A stretch of DNA of 64,000 nt from Paracoccaceae bacterium (lineage in GTDB: Bacteria > Pseudomonadota > Alphaproteobacteria > Rhodobacterales > Rhodobacteraceae). The position numbers and the translations under genes are program-made. Within the stretch, counting starts at the first letter, position 1. The number at the start of each line of letters is the position of its first letter. Below, piece by piece: positions 45,540-56,077 of this stretch. The stretch lies in NCBI GenBank assembly GCA_027484915.1, contig JAIXSA010000018.1, forward strand, positions 7,059 through 71,058, in the 5' to 3' direction. A model generated the notes under the pieces. It was not told where the DNA came from, ran no database searches, and worked only from the letters and a program-made list of their open reading frames with translations.

Positions 45540-47246
45540 ATGCCCGCCCTGATCAGCCGCCAGACCTACGCCAGCATGTATGGCCCCACCACCGGCGACC
45601 GGTTGCGACTGGGCGATACCGAGCTGATCGTCGAGGTGGAACGGGACCTCACAACCTACGGCGAGGAGGTGAAGTTCGGCGGCGGCAAGGTGATCCGCGA
45701 CGGGATGGGGCAGTCCCAGGTTCCACGCTCACGCGGCGCGATGGATACGGTGATCACCAACGCGCTGATCATCGACCATACCGGCATCTACAAGGCCGAC
45801 GTGGGCCTGCGCGACGGGCGGATCGCGGCCATCGGCAAGGCGGGGAACCCGGATACGCAACCGGGGGTGACGATCATCATTGGACCGGGGACCGAGATCA
45901 TCGCAGGCGAGGGGCGCATCCTGACGGCTGGCGGCATGGACGCGCATATCCATTTCATCTGCCCCCAGCAGGTGGAGGACGCGCTTCATTCCGGCATCAC
46001 CACGATGCTCGGCGGCGGGACCGGCCCCGCGCATGGTACCCTCGCCACCACCTGCACCCCCGGCCCCTGGCATCTGGGCCGGATGATCCAGGCGGCGGAC
46101 AGCCTTACGATGAACCTGGCGTTTGCCGGGAAGGGCAATGCCTCGCTGCCCGAGGGGATCGTGGAACAGGTCCGGGGCGGCGCGGCGGCGCTGAAGCTGC
46201 ATGAGGATTGGGGGACCACTCCGGGAGCCATCGACTGCTGCCTGGGCGTCGCCGACGAGATGGATGTGCAGGTGATGATCCACACCGACACGCTGAATGA
46301 ATCGGGCTTCGTCGAGAATACGCTGGCCGCCTTCAAGGGCCGCACGATCCATGCCTTCCACACCGAAGGCGCGGGCGGGGGTCATGCGCCGGACATCATG
46401 AAGGTGGTGGGCTGGCAGAACGTGCTGCCCTCCTCCACCAACCCGACGATGCCCTACACGGTAAACACCGTCGAAGAGCATCTCGACATGCTGATGGTCT
46501 GCCACCACCTCGACAAGCGCATCCCCGAGGACGTCGCTTTCGCCGAAAGCCGCATCCGGCGCGAGACGATCGCGGCCGAGGACGTGCTGCATGACATGGG
46601 TGCGTTCTCGGTCATCTCATCGGACAGCCAGGCGATGGGTCGGGTCGGCGAGGTGATTACCCGCACCTGGCAGACCGCGCACAAGATGAAGGTCCAGCGC
46701 GGGCGGCTGGCCGAGGAGCAGGGCCAGAACGACAACCTGCGCGTCCGCCGCTACATTGCCAAGTACACGATCAACCCGGCCATCGTGCACGGGATCAGCC
46801 AGCACATCGGCAGCGTCGAGGTCGGCAAGCGCGCCGACCTTGTCCTGTGGAACCCCGCCTTCTTCGGGGCCAAGCCCGAGATGGTGCTGATCGGCGGCAT
46901 GATCACCGTCGCGCAGATGGGGGACCCGAACGGCTCCATCCCCGTGCAGCCGATGTACTCCCGGCCGATGTTCGGGGCGCTGGGGCGGGCGGTGGAGCGC
47001 TCGGCGGTGGTGTTTGTCAGCAAGGCCGCGCAGGAGGATGACCTGCGGGGCCGCCTCGGCATCGCCAAGGACACGCTGGCCGTCGAGAACACCCGGAACA
47101 TCGCCAAGCGCGACATGATCCACAACAGCGCGACGCCAAAGGTCGAGATCCACCCGGAGACCTACGAAGTGCGCGCCGATGGCGAGGTCATCACCTGCGC
47201 ACCTGCCAAAGAGCTGCCCCTCGCGCAGCGCTATTTCCTGTTCTGA
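45540..47246 (+). CDS. ureC: Urease alpha subunit
   Basis: [52 protein letters not shown]. Confidence 0.98.
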   Translation: MPALISRQTYASMYGPTTGDRLRLGDTELIVEVERDLTTYGEEVKFGGGKVIRDGMGQSQVPRSRGAMDTVITNALIIDHTGIYKADVGLRDGRIAAIGKAGNPDTQPGVTIIIGPGTEIIAGEGRILTAGGMDAHIHFICPQQVEDALHSGITTMLGGGTGPAHGTLATTCTPGPWHLGRMIQAADSLTMNLAFAGKGNASLPEGIVEQVRGGAAALKLHEDWGTTPGAIDCCLGVADEMDVQVMIHTDTLNESGFVENTLAAFKGRTIHAFHTEGAGGGHAPDIMKVVGWQNVLPSSTNPTMPYTVNTVEEHLDMLMVCHHLDKRIPEDVAFAESRIRRETIAAEDVLHDMGAFSVISSDSQAMGRVGEVITRTWQTAHKMKVQRGRLAEEQGQNDNLRVRRYIAKYTINPAIVHGISQHIGSVEVGKRADLVLWNPAFFGAKPEMVLIGGMITVAQMGDPNGSIPVQPMYSRPMFGALGRAVERSAVVFVSKAAQEDDLRGRLGIAKDTLAVENTRNIAKRDMIHNSATPKVEIHPETYEVRADGEVITCAPAKELPLAQRYFLF

Positions 47247-47249
47247 CCC

Positions 47250-47768
47250 ATGACCAAGCTTCTGACATCAGCCCCCGCCTTGGCCCATGACCGCGTCGTG
47301 ATGGACTACGACCAGCGCCTGATGCGGCGGAAGCTCCTGACCAGCCAAGGCGGGCGGGAGTTCCTTGTGGACCTGCCCTCGGTCACCAACCTGGACGACT
47401 ACTGGGGCTTTGCGGTCGATGGCTTCAACATCGAGATCGTCCCGGCGCCCGAGGCCGTGCTGGTCATCACCGGCGACCTCACCCGCCTTGCCTGGCACAT
47501 CGGCAATCGACACACGCCCTGCCAGATCCACCCCGACCGACTGGTCATCCGCGAGGATCACGTGCTGGAACGGATGCTGCAGGGCCTTGGCGCGACGATC
47601 CGGCGCGAAAGCCTGCCGTTCAAGCCGGAAGGCGGCGCTTACGGGCATGGCCGCACGATGGGCCATTCGCATGGCGACGACCACACCCATGACGAGGCCG
47701 CCCTGTTCGGCTGGCACCACCACGGCGACGGGCAGATGCATTTCCACGCCCCGAAGGGTGCCAAGTGA
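47250..47768 (+). CDS. ureE: Urease accessory protein UreE with His-rich tail
   Basis: AWHIGNRHTP, DHVL..ML..LG, F.PEGGAYGHGRTMGHSH. Confidence 0.93.
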   Translation: MTKLLTSAPALAHDRVVMDYDQRLMRRKLLTSQGGREFLVDLPSVTNLDDYWGFAVDGFNIEIVPAPEAVLVITGDLTRLAWHIGNRHTPCQIHPDRLVIREDHVLERMLQGLGATIRRESLPFKPEGGAYGHGRTMGHSHGDDHTHDEAALFGWHHHGDGQMHFHAPKGAK

Positions 47769-48397
47769 CCGCGCTTCTGACCCTTTTGCAGTGGCTGTCC
47801 CCGGCTTTCCCGACCGGGGCCTTCGCCTATAGCCACGGGCTGGAACGGGTGATCGCCAAAGGCGACGTCACCGACGCCGCGAGCTTCGAGGAATGGCTGA
47901 GGAACATCCTCCACCAGGGTGCGGGCTGGCAGGATGCCGTCCTGCTGACTCACGCACTTGCTGCGGACGCCGATCATGACGCGCTTGATGCGCTGGCCCG
48001 CGCGCTGGCCCCCTCGGCCGAGCGTCTGCAGGAAAGTGCGGAACAAGGGGCGGCATTGGCGCGCATGGTTTCCGGTCTTACCGGACGACCCCTGAGTCCC
48101 CGGATGTTGCCCATCGCACTTGGCGAAGCTGCCGCACCGCTGGCTTTGCAGCCGGGACAGGTCGCGCAACTTTACCTTCAGAACTTCGCCGGGAATCTCT
48201 GCACCATTGCCACGCGTCACGTCCCGCTTGGCCAGACCGAGGGCCAGGCGGTCCTTACAAGGCTGTTGCCCGACATCGGCCTTTTGGGCACCTGGGCGGC
48301 GGTTGCTTCACTCGAAGACCTTGGCAGCTGCGCGCTGGCTGCCGACCTTGCCGCATTCCAGCACGAAACCCAGGATGTAAGGATCTTCCGCACATGA
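47765..48397 (+). CDS. ureF: Urease accessory protein UreF
   Basis: [37 protein letters not shown]. Confidence 0.94.
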   Translation: MTALLTLLQWLSPAFPTGAFAYSHGLERVIAKGDVTDAASFEEWLRNILHQGAGWQDAVLLTHALAADADHDALDALARALAPSAERLQESAEQGAALARMVSGLTGRPLSPRMLPIALGEAAAPLALQPGQVAQLYLQNFAGNLCTIATRHVPLGQTEGQAVLTRLLPDIGLLGTWAAVASLEDLGSCALAADLAAFQHETQDVRIFRT

Positions 48398-49020
48398 CCC
48401 ACGGCCCCCTTCGCGTCGGCATCGGAGGTCCCGTCGGCGCCGGCAAGACCACCCTCACGGAAAAGCTCGCCCGCGCGCTTGGCCCCCGGCTGTCGATGGC
48501 GGTCATCACCAACGACATCTACACGCGTGAGGATGCCGAGGCGCTGACCCGGGCCCAGGTCCTGCCTGCCGCCCGCATCCGGGGGGTTGAGACCGGGGGC
48601 TGCCCGCACACCGCGATCCGCGAAGATGCATCCATCAACCTTGCCGCCGTGGCTGATCTGAACAGGACCTTCCCCGACCTTGACCTGATCCTGATCGAAA
48701 GCGGGGGCGACAATCTGGCCGCCACGTTCAGCCCAGAGCTTGCCGACCTGACGATCTACGTCATCGACACCGCCGCAGGGCAGGACATCCCAAGGAAGCG
48801 TGGTCCGGGCGTGACGAAGTCCGACCTTCTGGTCGTCAACAAGACCGACCTCGCCCCGCACGTCGGCGTCGATCCCGTGCTGCTGGAGGCTGACACCGCC
48901 CGCGCGCGGGGCACCCGGCCCTATGTGATGGCGCAGCTTCGCCACGGCAAAGGGGTGGACGAGGTGGTCGATTTCATCGTCAAGCACGGTGGGCTACAGC
49001 TGAAAACTGACGCTGCGTAA
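48394..49020 (+). CDS. ureG: Urease accessory GTPase UreG
   Basis: [34 protein letters not shown]. Confidence 0.97.
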   Translation: MTHGPLRVGIGGPVGAGKTTLTEKLARALGPRLSMAVITNDIYTREDAEALTRAQVLPAARIRGVETGGCPHTAIREDASINLAAVADLNRTFPDLDLILIESGGDNLAATFSPELADLTIYVIDTAAGQDIPRKRGPGVTKSDLLVVNKTDLAPHVGVDPVLLEADTARARGTRPYVMAQLRHGKGVDEVVDFIVKHGGLQLKTDAA

Positions 49021-49038
49021 GCCGCGACTCACGGCACC

Positions 49039-49081
49039 GGCAGCGGGCGGAAAGGGGCATCCTTTCCGCCCGCTGCCTTTT
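49039..49081 (+). terminator. Intrinsic terminator after ureG
   Basis: 17-bp perfect stem GGCAGCGGGCGGAAAGG/CCTTTCCGCCCGCTGCC then TTTT. Confidence 0.8.
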
Positions 49082-49326
49082 CCGCAGGCGCGTCGCCCGC
49101 GTTGCAGGCGCAGTGTCCTGCACAGACCGCCCGTTTTCTGCGCTGCAGCATAGCTGGTCGCACAAATTGTAGCCATCGGCGCAGGTGGCCTTCCCGACAG
49201 CCCTTGCCACACTGGCCGCAGGTTCCCCGCCCGGCTTTCCTGATGCCAGCCAAGGCCACCGGCCCAAGGCCAGAAGACCAAACCACGCCCAGCCCGACCG
49301 GGCCAAAGAAACAGGGGATAGAGATC

Positions 49327-50619
49327 ATGAAACTTACCAGACGTACGCTTCTGTCCAGCGCCGCTGCTGCCGCTGCGATGACCCTTCCGCGCTTTGCCTT
49401 CGCTCAGGCCGAGACCATCAAGGTCGGCGTGCTGCACTCGCTGTCGGGCACGATGGCGATTTCCGAGACGACCTTGAAAGACACCATGCTGATGCTGATC
49501 GAACAGCAGAACGCCAAGGGCGGTCTTCTGGGCAAGCAGCTGGAAGCCGTGGTCGTGGACCCGGCGTCGGACTGGCCGCTCTTTGCCGAAAAAGCGCTGT
49601 AGCTTCTCACCCTGTCGAAGGTCGACGTGATGTTCGGCTGCTGGACCTCGGTGTCGCGCAAGTCCGTGCTGCCGGTGATCGAAGAACTGAACGGCCTTCT
49701 CTTCTACCCCGTCCAGTATGAGGGCGAGGAATCGTCGAAGAACGTCTTCTACACCGGTGCCGCGCCGAACCAGCAGGCGATCCCGGCGGTGGACTATTAC
49801 CTGAACGAACTTGGCGTGCAGAAGTTCGCGCTTCTGGGCACCGACTATGTCTACCCGCGCACCACGAACAACATCCTGGAAGCCTATCTGATCTCCAAAG
49901 GCATTCCGAAGGAAGACATCTTCGTCAACTATACCCCCTTCGGCCACTCGGACTGGTCGAAGATCGTCGGCGACGTCGTGGCGCTGGGCGCGGACGGCAA
50001 GAAGGTCGGCGTCATCTCGACCATCAACGGCGATGCGAACATCGGCTTCTACAAGGAACTGGCCGCAGCCGGCGTCACCGCCGACACCCTGCCCGTCGTC
50101 GCCTTCTCGGTCGGTGAAGAGGAACTCTCGGGCCTCGACACCACCAACCTCGCCGGTCACCTGGCCGCCTGGAACTACTTCATGTCGGCCGACACCCCGG
50201 AAAACGCCGCTTTCATCGCCGCCTGGAAGGCCTTCATCAAGGATGACAAGCGCGTCACCAACGACCCGATGGAAGCACACTACATCGGCTTCAACATGTG
50301 GGTGAACGCGGTCACCGCCGCAGGCACCACCGAGGTCGACGCCGTCCGCACAGCGATGTGGGGGCAGGAGTTCCCGAACCTTACCGGCGGCACGGCGGTG
50401 ATGGGCACCAACCACCACCTGACGAAGCCCGTCCTGATCGGCGAAATCCGCGCTGACGGCCAGTTCGATATCATCAGCCAGACCGAACCGGTCCCCGGAG
50501 ACGCCTGGACCGACTACCTGCCGGAATCGGCGGTGCTGGAAGCCGATTGGAAGGACCTCCAGTGCGGGATGTACAACAAGGAAACCAAGACCTGCGTGCA
50601 GCTGACCTCGAACTACTAA
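49327..50619 (+). pseudogene. urtA: Urea ABC transporter substrate-binding protein with in-frame TAG at 49600
   Basis: ORFs 49102..49602 and 49627..50619 are in one frame: [17 protein letters not shown]...AEKAL*LLTLSKVDVMFGCWTSVSRKSV...YPVQYEG. Confidence 0.88.
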
Positions 50620-50640
50620 GCTGACCTGACAGATCGGGCA

Positions 50641-50700
50641 CCTCTCCTCCCCCTTCGTGGGGAGGGGAAGGGGGGTGGGGGCTACCCCGCCCCCGCCCAC
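50641..50700. repeat. REP/CIR-like C-rich/G-rich palindromic element
   Basis: CCTCCCC-CTTCGT-GGGGAGG followed by GGAAGGGGGGTGGGGG, the form of alphaproteobacterial intergenic palindromes; only a degenerate second copy is seen at about 52690-52740. Confidence 0.5.
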
Positions 50701-50733
50701 CCGCCCGCTTTCCTCCAATCACCGGACGCCCCA

Positions 50734-52668
50734 ATGCGCCTGACCGCCCTTCTGCTTGCGGCCTTCTGCCTGCTGCCCTGGCCCGCCCTCGCCCAAGAGG
50801 CCGCCCGGATCGTCGAAGAAAACCGTGCCCAGATCGAGAAACCGTCGCGCCAGACCATCGGCCCGGTGATCGCCGAGCTGGCCGCCAGCGGTGACGCTAT
50901 GGCCGACGACATCCTGTCAGCCTGGGCCGAAAAGCGGCTGGTGATCCGCAAGTCCGACAGCGCGATGTTCGTCGCCGCGCCGGACGGCGACGGCTTTGCC
51001 CTGACCGCGCTGGACGGCACGCCCGCCGGGACGGCCGCAAAGGGCGACCTGACCGAGTTGAAACCCAACGCCGGCGTCCGGGGCCTGATCGCGACGGCGC
51101 TGGTGCAATTCACCCTCTCGGACCCCGACCCCGCCAAACGGCAGGCCGCCCTGACCTCCATCGCGCAAGACCCGACCGCCGAGGCGCTGGAGCCTCTGCG
51201 TGCCGCCATCGCGACCGAGGAAGACCCGGCCCTGCAGGCGCAGAAGGTACGGCTGGAACGCCTGCTGACCCTGCGCTTCGATCCGTCGTCCGAGGCACGC
51301 GTTGCCGCCATCGACAGCTTCGGTGCCGATCTTGGCCTGGACCTTCGCGCTGCGCTGAACCCGCTGGTCGCCACCACTCGCGTCGCCTCGGCCACCCCGC
51401 CCGACGGCAACCTCGCGCGGGAGCTGCGCCTGGGCGCCGATATCCCCGAGGATGAGGCCTATGCCCTTCTTGTCGCCGCAAATCTCGCCCCCGCCCGCCT
51501 GACGCTGGAAGAACAGCGCGCCGCTTTGCTGGCAAACCTCAAGGACGGCATGGTCGGCGGCGTTCCCTTGGCCGAGCTGAACACCCAGGCCGCCCGCGAC
51601 CGCGCCTATACTGCATTGGAGGCCAGCGGGGCCGTCCCCGTCGCCGCCACCGACGACGAAGCCACGGCCGCCCTTGCTGCCGCCAAGTTCTATGAGGTTT
51701 ACGCCGAACCCGACCCCGCCGTCACCGATGCAGCCCAGGCCGCGCTGGGCCGGATCGGCACCAAGGTCGGCGTCATGCAGACCGCCGACCTTGGCCTCGA
51801 CGCCCTCTCTCTCGCCTCGATCTACTTCCTGGCCGCCATCGGTCTGGCCATCACCTTCGGCGTGATGGGCGTGATCAACATGGCGCATGGCGAGTTCATC
51901 ACCATTGGCGCCTACACCGGGTACGTCGTGCAACTCTTCGTGCCCGACTACACGCTGTCGATCCTGATCGCCCTGCCACTGGCCTTCGCCGTGACCTTCG
52001 CCGGCGGCGTGGCGATGGAGCGGCTGGTGATCCGACACCTCTACAAGCGCCCGCTGGAGACGCTGCTTGCCACCTTCGGCATCTCCATCGCGCTGCAGCA
52101 GATCCTGAAAAACGTTTTCGGCACACAGGCCCGCCCCCTCACCTCTCCCGCCTGGCTGGATGGCGCGCTGGTTATCAATGACGTCGTGTCGATCAGCTAC
52201 ATCCGCATCGCGATCTTCGTCCTGGCGCTGGTGTTCCTGGCCTTCTTCCTCTGGCTGATGAAGCGCACCCGGCTTGGGCTGGAGGTCCGCGCCGTGACGC
52301 AGAACCCGGCGATGGCGGCGAGCATGGGGATCAACCCCGACCGCATCAACATGCTGACATTCGGCCTTGGCTCCGGCATCGCGGGCATCGCAGGGGTCGC
52401 CATCGGACTTTTCGCCAAGGTCACCTCCGAGCTTGGGACCGACTACATCGTGCAAAGCTTCATGACCGTGGTGGTGGGCGGCGTCGGCAGCATCTGGGGC
52501 ACCCTTGCGGGCGCCACGATGATCGGCGGGCTGCAAAAGGTGATCGAGTTCTTCAACCCCTCGAACACGCTGGCCGCGCAGACCTACATGATCCTCTTCA
52601 TCATCCTTTTCATCCAGTTCCGGTCCCGCGGCATCATTGCCCTGCGCGGCCGCGCGGCGGGGGATTGA
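50734..52668 (+). CDS. urtB: Urea ABC transporter permease UrtB with large periplasmic N-terminal domain
   Basis: GLAITFGVMGVINMAHGEF, RPLETLLATFG, GVGSIWGT, C-terminal GIIALRGRAAGD. Confidence 0.93.
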   Translation: MRLTALLLAAFCLLPWPALAQEAARIVEENRAQIEKPSRQTIGPVIAELAASGDAMADDILSAWAEKRLVIRKSDSAMFVAAPDGDGFALTALDGTPAGTAAKGDLTELKPNAGVRGLIATALVQFTLSDPDPAKRQAALTSIAQDPTAEALEPLRAAIATEEDPALQAQKVRLERLLTLRFDPSSEARVAAIDSFGADLGLDLRAALNPLVATTRVASATPPDGNLARELRLGADIPEDEAYALLVAANLAPARLTLEEQRAALLANLKDGMVGGVPLAELNTQAARDRAYTALEASGAVPVAATDDEATAALAAAKFYEVYAEPDPAVTDAAQAALGRIGTKVGVMQTADLGLDALSLASIYFLAAIGLAITFGVMGVINMAHGEFITIGAYTGYVVQLFVPDYTLSILIALPLAFAVTFAGGVAMERLVIRHLYKRPLETLLATFGISIALQQILKNVFGTQARPLTSPAWLDGALVINDVVSISYIRIAIFVLALVFLAFFLWLMKRTRLGLEVRAVTQNPAMAASMGINPDRINMLTFGLGSGIAGIAGVAIGLFAKVTSELGTDYIVQSFMTVVVGGVGSIWGTLAGATMIGGLQKVIEFFNPSNTLAAQTYMILFIILFIQFRSRGIIALRGRAAGD

Positions 52669-52774
52669 CCATGACCCGCATCCTCCTGGTCACCCTCCCC
52701 CTCATCCCATCCCTCTCCCCAACTGGCGAGAGGGAGGCACCTGGGGCCGCTGCAGCACTCAAGCGGGGGACCGC

Positions 52775-53992
52775 ATGACCTTTCTCCAACCTCGCCACCG
52801 CTCGGCCGTCATCTTCATCGCCTGCCTTGCAGTGTTCACCATCGCCGTGACTATCGCCGCACACTTCGGCCTCGTCTCCACCTCCTTCGTGAAGACGCTG
52901 GGCAAGACGCTCTGCCTCTGCCTTGCCGCTTTGGCGATGGACCTGATCTGGGGCTACGCGGGCATCCTGTCCCTTGGCCACATGGCCTTCTTCGCGCTGG
53001 GCGGCTACATGATCGGCATGTGGCTGATGTACGCCCGGACCGCGGAGATCGTGGTCGCCTCGCTTCTGAACGGTGGCCTGCCCGCGACGCCGGAGGAGAT
53101 CAGTCAGGGCATCGCCACCCAGATCTTCGGCGTCGTGGGGGCCTCTGATCTGCCCGCGATCTGGGTCTTTGCCCATAGCCTGCCCGCGCAACTGGCGCTG
53201 GTGATCCTTGTTCCCGGCCTCTTGGCATTGGTCTTCGGCTGGCTCGCCTTCCGCAGCCGCGTCACCGGGGTCTACCTGTCGATCCTGACGCAGGCGATGA
53301 CACTGGCGCTTGCGCTCTACCTCTTCCAGAACGACAGCGGATTGCGCGGCAACAACGGGCTTTCCGGCCTGCAGAACCTGCCCGGCGTCACCGCCAGCCA
53401 GGACGCCGTGAGCCTGTGGTTCTTCTGGGCCTCTGCCGCGGCCTTGGCTGTGGCCTACCTCGCCCTCCATGCCATCGTCTCGGGCAAGTTCGGCAGCGTC
53501 ATCCGCGCCATCCGCGACGACGAGGCGCGGGTGCGCTTCCTCGGCTACTCTGTCGAGGGCTACAAGCTTTTCGTCTTCACCCTTACCGCCGTCATCTGCG
53601 CATTGGCTGGCGCGCTTTACTACCCGCAGGCCGGGATCATCAACCCGGCGGAACTGGCCCCCATCGCGTCGATCTACCTTGCCGTCTGGGTCGCCATCGG
53701 TGGACGTGGCCGGCTTTATGGTGCGGTCATCGGGGCCGCCCTCGTCTCGCTTCTGTCCAGCTGGTTCACCGGGGGCCGCGTCCCGTCGATCCCGCTTGGC
53801 TTCGGCACGATCAACTGGGTCGACTGGTGGCTTGTCCTTCTTGGCCTGACCTTCGTCTGCGTCACCCTTTTTGCGCCCAAGGGCCTTGGCGGCCTTGTCG
53901 ACCGCTTCGCCGGGGTCCACGCCCCCGACCGCAAGGGCGCGCCGCTGGGGCCGGATCAGGGATCGCTGCAAGAACAGGAGGCGAAGGAATGA
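52775..53992 (+). CDS. urtC: Urea ABC transporter permease UrtC
   Basis: MDLIWGYAGILSLGH, GVYLSILTQA, AIRDDEARVRFLGY, VAIGGRGRLYG. Confidence 0.93.
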   Translation: MTFLQPRHRSAVIFIACLAVFTIAVTIAAHFGLVSTSFVKTLGKTLCLCLAALAMDLIWGYAGILSLGHMAFFALGGYMIGMWLMYARTAEIVVASLLNGGLPATPEEISQGIATQIFGVVGASDLPAIWVFAHSLPAQLALVILVPGLLALVFGWLAFRSRVTGVYLSILTQAMTLALALYLFQNDSGLRGNNGLSGLQNLPGVTASQDAVSLWFFWASAAALAVAYLALHAIVSGKFGSVIRAIRDDEARVRFLGYSVEGYKLFVFTLTAVICALAGALYYPQAGIINPAELAPIASIYLAVWVAIGGRGRLYGAVIGAALVSLLSSWFTGGRVPSIPLGFGTINWVDWWLVLLGLTFVCVTLFAPKGLGGLVDRFAGVHAPDRKGAPLGPDQGSLQEQEAKE

Positions 53993-54732
53993 GCGCGCTT
54001 CTGGAAGTGTCTGGCGTCACCGTCAGCTTCGACGGCTTCCGCGCCATCAACAACCTCACCTTCTCGATCGGAACGGCCGAGCTTCGCGCCATCATAGGGC
54101 CGAACGGGGCGGGGAAAAGCACCTTCATGGACATCGTGACCGGCAAGACCCGGCCCGACTCCGGTTCCGTCACCTTCGGCGACCGCTCGGTCTCGCTGCT
54201 GAAACTGTCCGAGGCGAAGATCGCCCGCGCCGGGATCGGCCGCAAGTTCCAGCGCCCCACGGTGTTCGAGGACCAGACGGTCCACGAAAACCTGACCCTT
54301 GCCCTGAAGGCCGCGCGCAGCCCCTGGGCCGTCCTCGCCTGGCGCAAGTCGGCACAGGATGAAGACCGCATCCAGGCGCTGGCCGGACAGGTCGGCCTCG
54401 GCGACAGCCTGGAGCGGAAGGCCGGCATCCTCAGCCACGGCCAGAAGCAGTGGCTGGAGATCGCGATGCTTCTGGCGCAGGAGCCGAAGCTCCTCCTCGT
54501 CGACGAACCGGCGGCGGGTATGACGCTGGCCGAACGCGAGAAGACCACCGAACTGCTGGTCGACATCGCGAAGACCCGCGCCGTGGTGGTGGTGGAGCAC
54601 GACATGGACTTCGTCCGCCGCCTGAACTGCAAGGTCACCGTGCTGCACGAAGGCGCGGTGCTGGCCGAAGGAAGCCTGGATCACGTGACGAAGAACCAGG
54701 CGGTGATCGATGTCTATCTGGGGCGCGGATGA
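53989..54732 (+). CDS. urtD: Urea ABC transporter ATP-binding protein UrtD
   Basis: GPNGAGKST, GRKFQRPTVF, LSHGQKQWLEI, LVDEP, DVYLGR. Confidence 0.94.
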   Translation: MSALLEVSGVTVSFDGFRAINNLTFSIGTAELRAIIGPNGAGKSTFMDIVTGKTRPDSGSVTFGDRSVSLLKLSEAKIARAGIGRKFQRPTVFEDQTVHENLTLALKAARSPWAVLAWRKSAQDEDRIQALAGQVGLGDSLERKAGILSHGQKQWLEIAMLLAQEPKLLLVDEPAAGMTLAEREKTTELLVDIAKTRAVVVVEHDMDFVRRLNCKVTVLHEGAVLAEGSLDHVTKNQAVIDVYLGRG

Positions 54733-55427
54733 TGCTGACAACCCAAGGCCTGACCCTGCACTACGGCGGTAGCCAGATCCTGCACGGCATCGACTTCCAG
54801 GCGAAGGCCGGAGAGGTCACCTGCATCATGGGGACCAACGGCGTGGGCAAGACCAGCTTCCTCAAGGCGCTGGCCGGAACACACCCCCGCTCCGGTGGCA
54901 CCGTAACGCTGGACGGCGAAACCCTGGGTACCCTCAAGGCGCACGACATGGCGCGGCGCGGCCTGGCCGTCGTGCCGCAGGGCCGGATGATATTCCCGCT
55001 TCTCACCGTGCGCGAAAACCTTGAGACCGGCTTTGCCCTTCTGCCGAAGTCCGAGCACAAGGTTCCCGACGCGATCTATGACCTCTTCCCGGTGCTGAAG
55101 GACATGACCAGCCGCAGGGGTGGCGATCTGTCCGGCGGGCAGCAGCAGCAACTTGCCATCGCCCGGGCGATGATCATGAAGCCGAAGGTCCTGCTGCTTG
55201 ACGAACCGACCGAGGGCATCCAGCCCAACATCATCCAGCAGATCGGCCGGGTGATCAGCTACCTGAAGGACCAGAAGACGATGGCCATCGTCCTGGTCGA
55301 GCAGTACTTCGACTTCGCCTATGGCCTGGCCGACCAGTTCTACGTCCTGCGGCGCGGTGCCGTCTCGGCCTGCGGTCCGAAGGCGGGTTTCGACCAGGCG
55401 GCACTGCGGGCCGAGGTCTCGGTCTAG
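54729..55427 (+). CDS. urtE: Urea ABC transporter ATP-binding protein UrtE
   Basis: GTNGVGKT, VPQGRMIFP, LSGGQQQQLAIARA, LDEPTEGIQPNII. Confidence 0.94.
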   Translation: MMLTTQGLTLHYGGSQILHGIDFQAKAGEVTCIMGTNGVGKTSFLKALAGTHPRSGGTVTLDGETLGTLKAHDMARRGLAVVPQGRMIFPLLTVRENLETGFALLPKSEHKVPDAIYDLFPVLKDMTSRRGGDLSGGQQQQLAIARAMIMKPKVLLLDEPTEGIQPNIIQQIGRVISYLKDQKTMAIVLVEQYFDFAYGLADQFYVLRRGAVSACGPKAGFDQAALRAEVSV

Positions 55428-56077
55428 GCCACGGCCAGACCCGCCTCGGTCAGGATCACATCCAGCGGAATGTCGTGCGGCTGAGGGAAGATCGTCGCCA
55501 GCCGGGCCGAGAACAAACCGATCCCGATGGTGAAGGGTCGGGGGTCCAGCGCCGCCAGCGTCCGGTCGAAGTAGCCCCCGCCATAGCCAAGCCGATAGCC
55601 GTCGTTAGTCCACGCGACCACCGGGGCCAAAGCGATCTCCGGCACCACCGTTTCAGCCTCGGGCGGCGGGACCGGGATGTTCCAGTCGCCGCGCACCATC
55701 CGCATCCCCGGAGTCCAGCGTCGAAAGACCAGCGGCGCGGCCTTCACCTCAACCACCGGCAGCGCCACCAGCGCCCCTTCCTGGTGCAGGGATTCCAGCG
55801 CATGACGGAGGTTTGGCTCACCTTTGATCGGCCAATAGCCCGAGATCACGCGGCCCTTCATCTCGCCGAACCGGTGGCGAAGCATCGCCTGCAGCCCGGC
55901 CCCAATGGTCTGCCCGGCCTCCTGCCGCGCCGCCACGCTGGTCGCGTCGCGTTCGGCCCGCAGCCTTTGCCGCTCGGCCTTCCGCCAGCGCGCGACGTCC
56001 TGCGCCTGCTCCCAGTCGGTGTCCGACGGATCGAACCCCTCGGCCAGGCAGGGCGGCGAGGTGCAACGCTCGCTCAC
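55424..56077 (-). CDS. 5-formyltetrahydrofolate cyclo-ligase family protein
   Basis: GYWPIKGEP, ALPVV, RLGYGGGYFDRTL, PHDIPLDVILTE. Confidence 0.9.
   Translation of the reverse strand: MSERCTSPPCLAEGFDPSDTDWEQAQDVARWRKAERQRLRAERDATSVAARQEAGQTIGAGLQAMLRHRFGEMKGRVISGYWPIKGEPNLRHALESLHQEGALVALPVVEVKAAPLVFRRWTPGMRMVRGDWNIPVPPPEAETVVPEIALAPVVAWTNDGYRLGYGGGYFDRTLAALDPRPFTIGIGLFSARLATIFPQPHDIPLDVILTEAGLAVA

Noticed and set aside
42020-49326. Sigma54 and NtrC sites upstream of ureD and urtA
   Set aside because: Candidates (TGGCGTCAGATGC, TGCAAACTTGTGCA, GCGC-N7-TGCA) do not fit GG-N10-GC or the NtrC spacing well enough to call
32150-49602. TAG-to-Gln/Glu recoding (alternative genetic code) to explain two in-frame amber codons
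   Set aside because: TAG is the genuine terminator of many intact genes here (MFS 17387, mpg 31740, regulator 34392, urtE 55427, GNAT 60447), and the two sites would need different amino acids
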